Below are positions 63,645 to 64,000 of a stretch of DNA of 64,000 nucleotides, piece after piece. The stretch's first letter is position 1; every line of letters begins with the position of its first letter. A program made the translations under genes and the position numbers. The notes under the pieces are model-generated. The model had not been told where the DNA came from and searched no databases. It saw nothing but the letters and a program-made list of their open reading frames with translations. This stretch comes from Macrostomum lignano (lineage: Eukaryota), in contig NIVC01001119.1 in assembly GCA_002269645.1 (NCBI GenBank), positions 291,201 to 355,200 on the forward strand, read 5' to 3'.

Positions 63645-64000
63645 GAGAGATTTCAAGAAGAGAGGATAGAAAGATGATAGAAAAGACAGTAGATATGAGA
63701 GCTAAGAGATTAAAGACGAGTCGACAACAGAGGGGAGAGAAAGGGGAGTGAGGCAGAAATGATGAAGAGGGAAAGTGAAGAGAAGAGAATGTAGAGGGAA
63801 GAAAGGAGGGGAGAGGAAAAATGAGAGAGCAAAGGAGGGAGGAGAGAGGAGGGATAAGAGAGTACAGATAGATAGAAGAGAGAGGAGAGATGAGACAGGA
63901 GATGGTAGAGAGGAGAGGGGAAAGATGAGAGAATAGAGATGAGAAAATAGAGAGCGCAGAAGAGGAGAGATGAGAGATGGGAAATGATTGATAAGAAAGT
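63645..64000. repeat. Polypurine (GA-rich) low-complexity tract
   Basis: A/G-rich, running to the window end. Confidence 0.9.

Overview
Eukaryotic (invertebrate metazoan) genomic DNA: GC-rich spliced exons within AT-rich intergenic DNA, polyQ/polyA-rich proteins, and large introns filled with minisatellites. This style is reminiscent of Macrostomum-type flatworms, but that is inference only. Genes I could reconstruct with GT-AG junctions in consistent phase: a 3-KH poly(rC)-binding protein (PCBP/mub, +, 9085-20512, 10 exons, 641 aa), a SEPT6-group septin (+, 33036-38813, 6 exons) and CNOT9/RQCD1 (+, 41525-44631, 3 coding exons). Also present are a probable CD225/dispanin membrane protein (-, around 25.8-27.1 kb, exons not fully resolved) and a convergent pair of intronless H3.3-type histone genes. 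One (52236-52646, -) is near-canonical H3.3. The other (50379-50789, +) is a tail variant whose residues after K27 are replaced (K27-T-P-L-V) while its histone fold is nearly identical to the neighbour at the DNA level; this is the strongest novelty candidate. The rest is about 20 distinct tandem arrays, hAT-type MITEs with 8-bp TSDs, a CORE-type SINE, an LTR-retrotransposon gag/protease remnant, several foldback structures, and a 28S rRNA-like fragment inside a TIR element. Most long ORFs in the supplied track are artefacts of tandem repeats.
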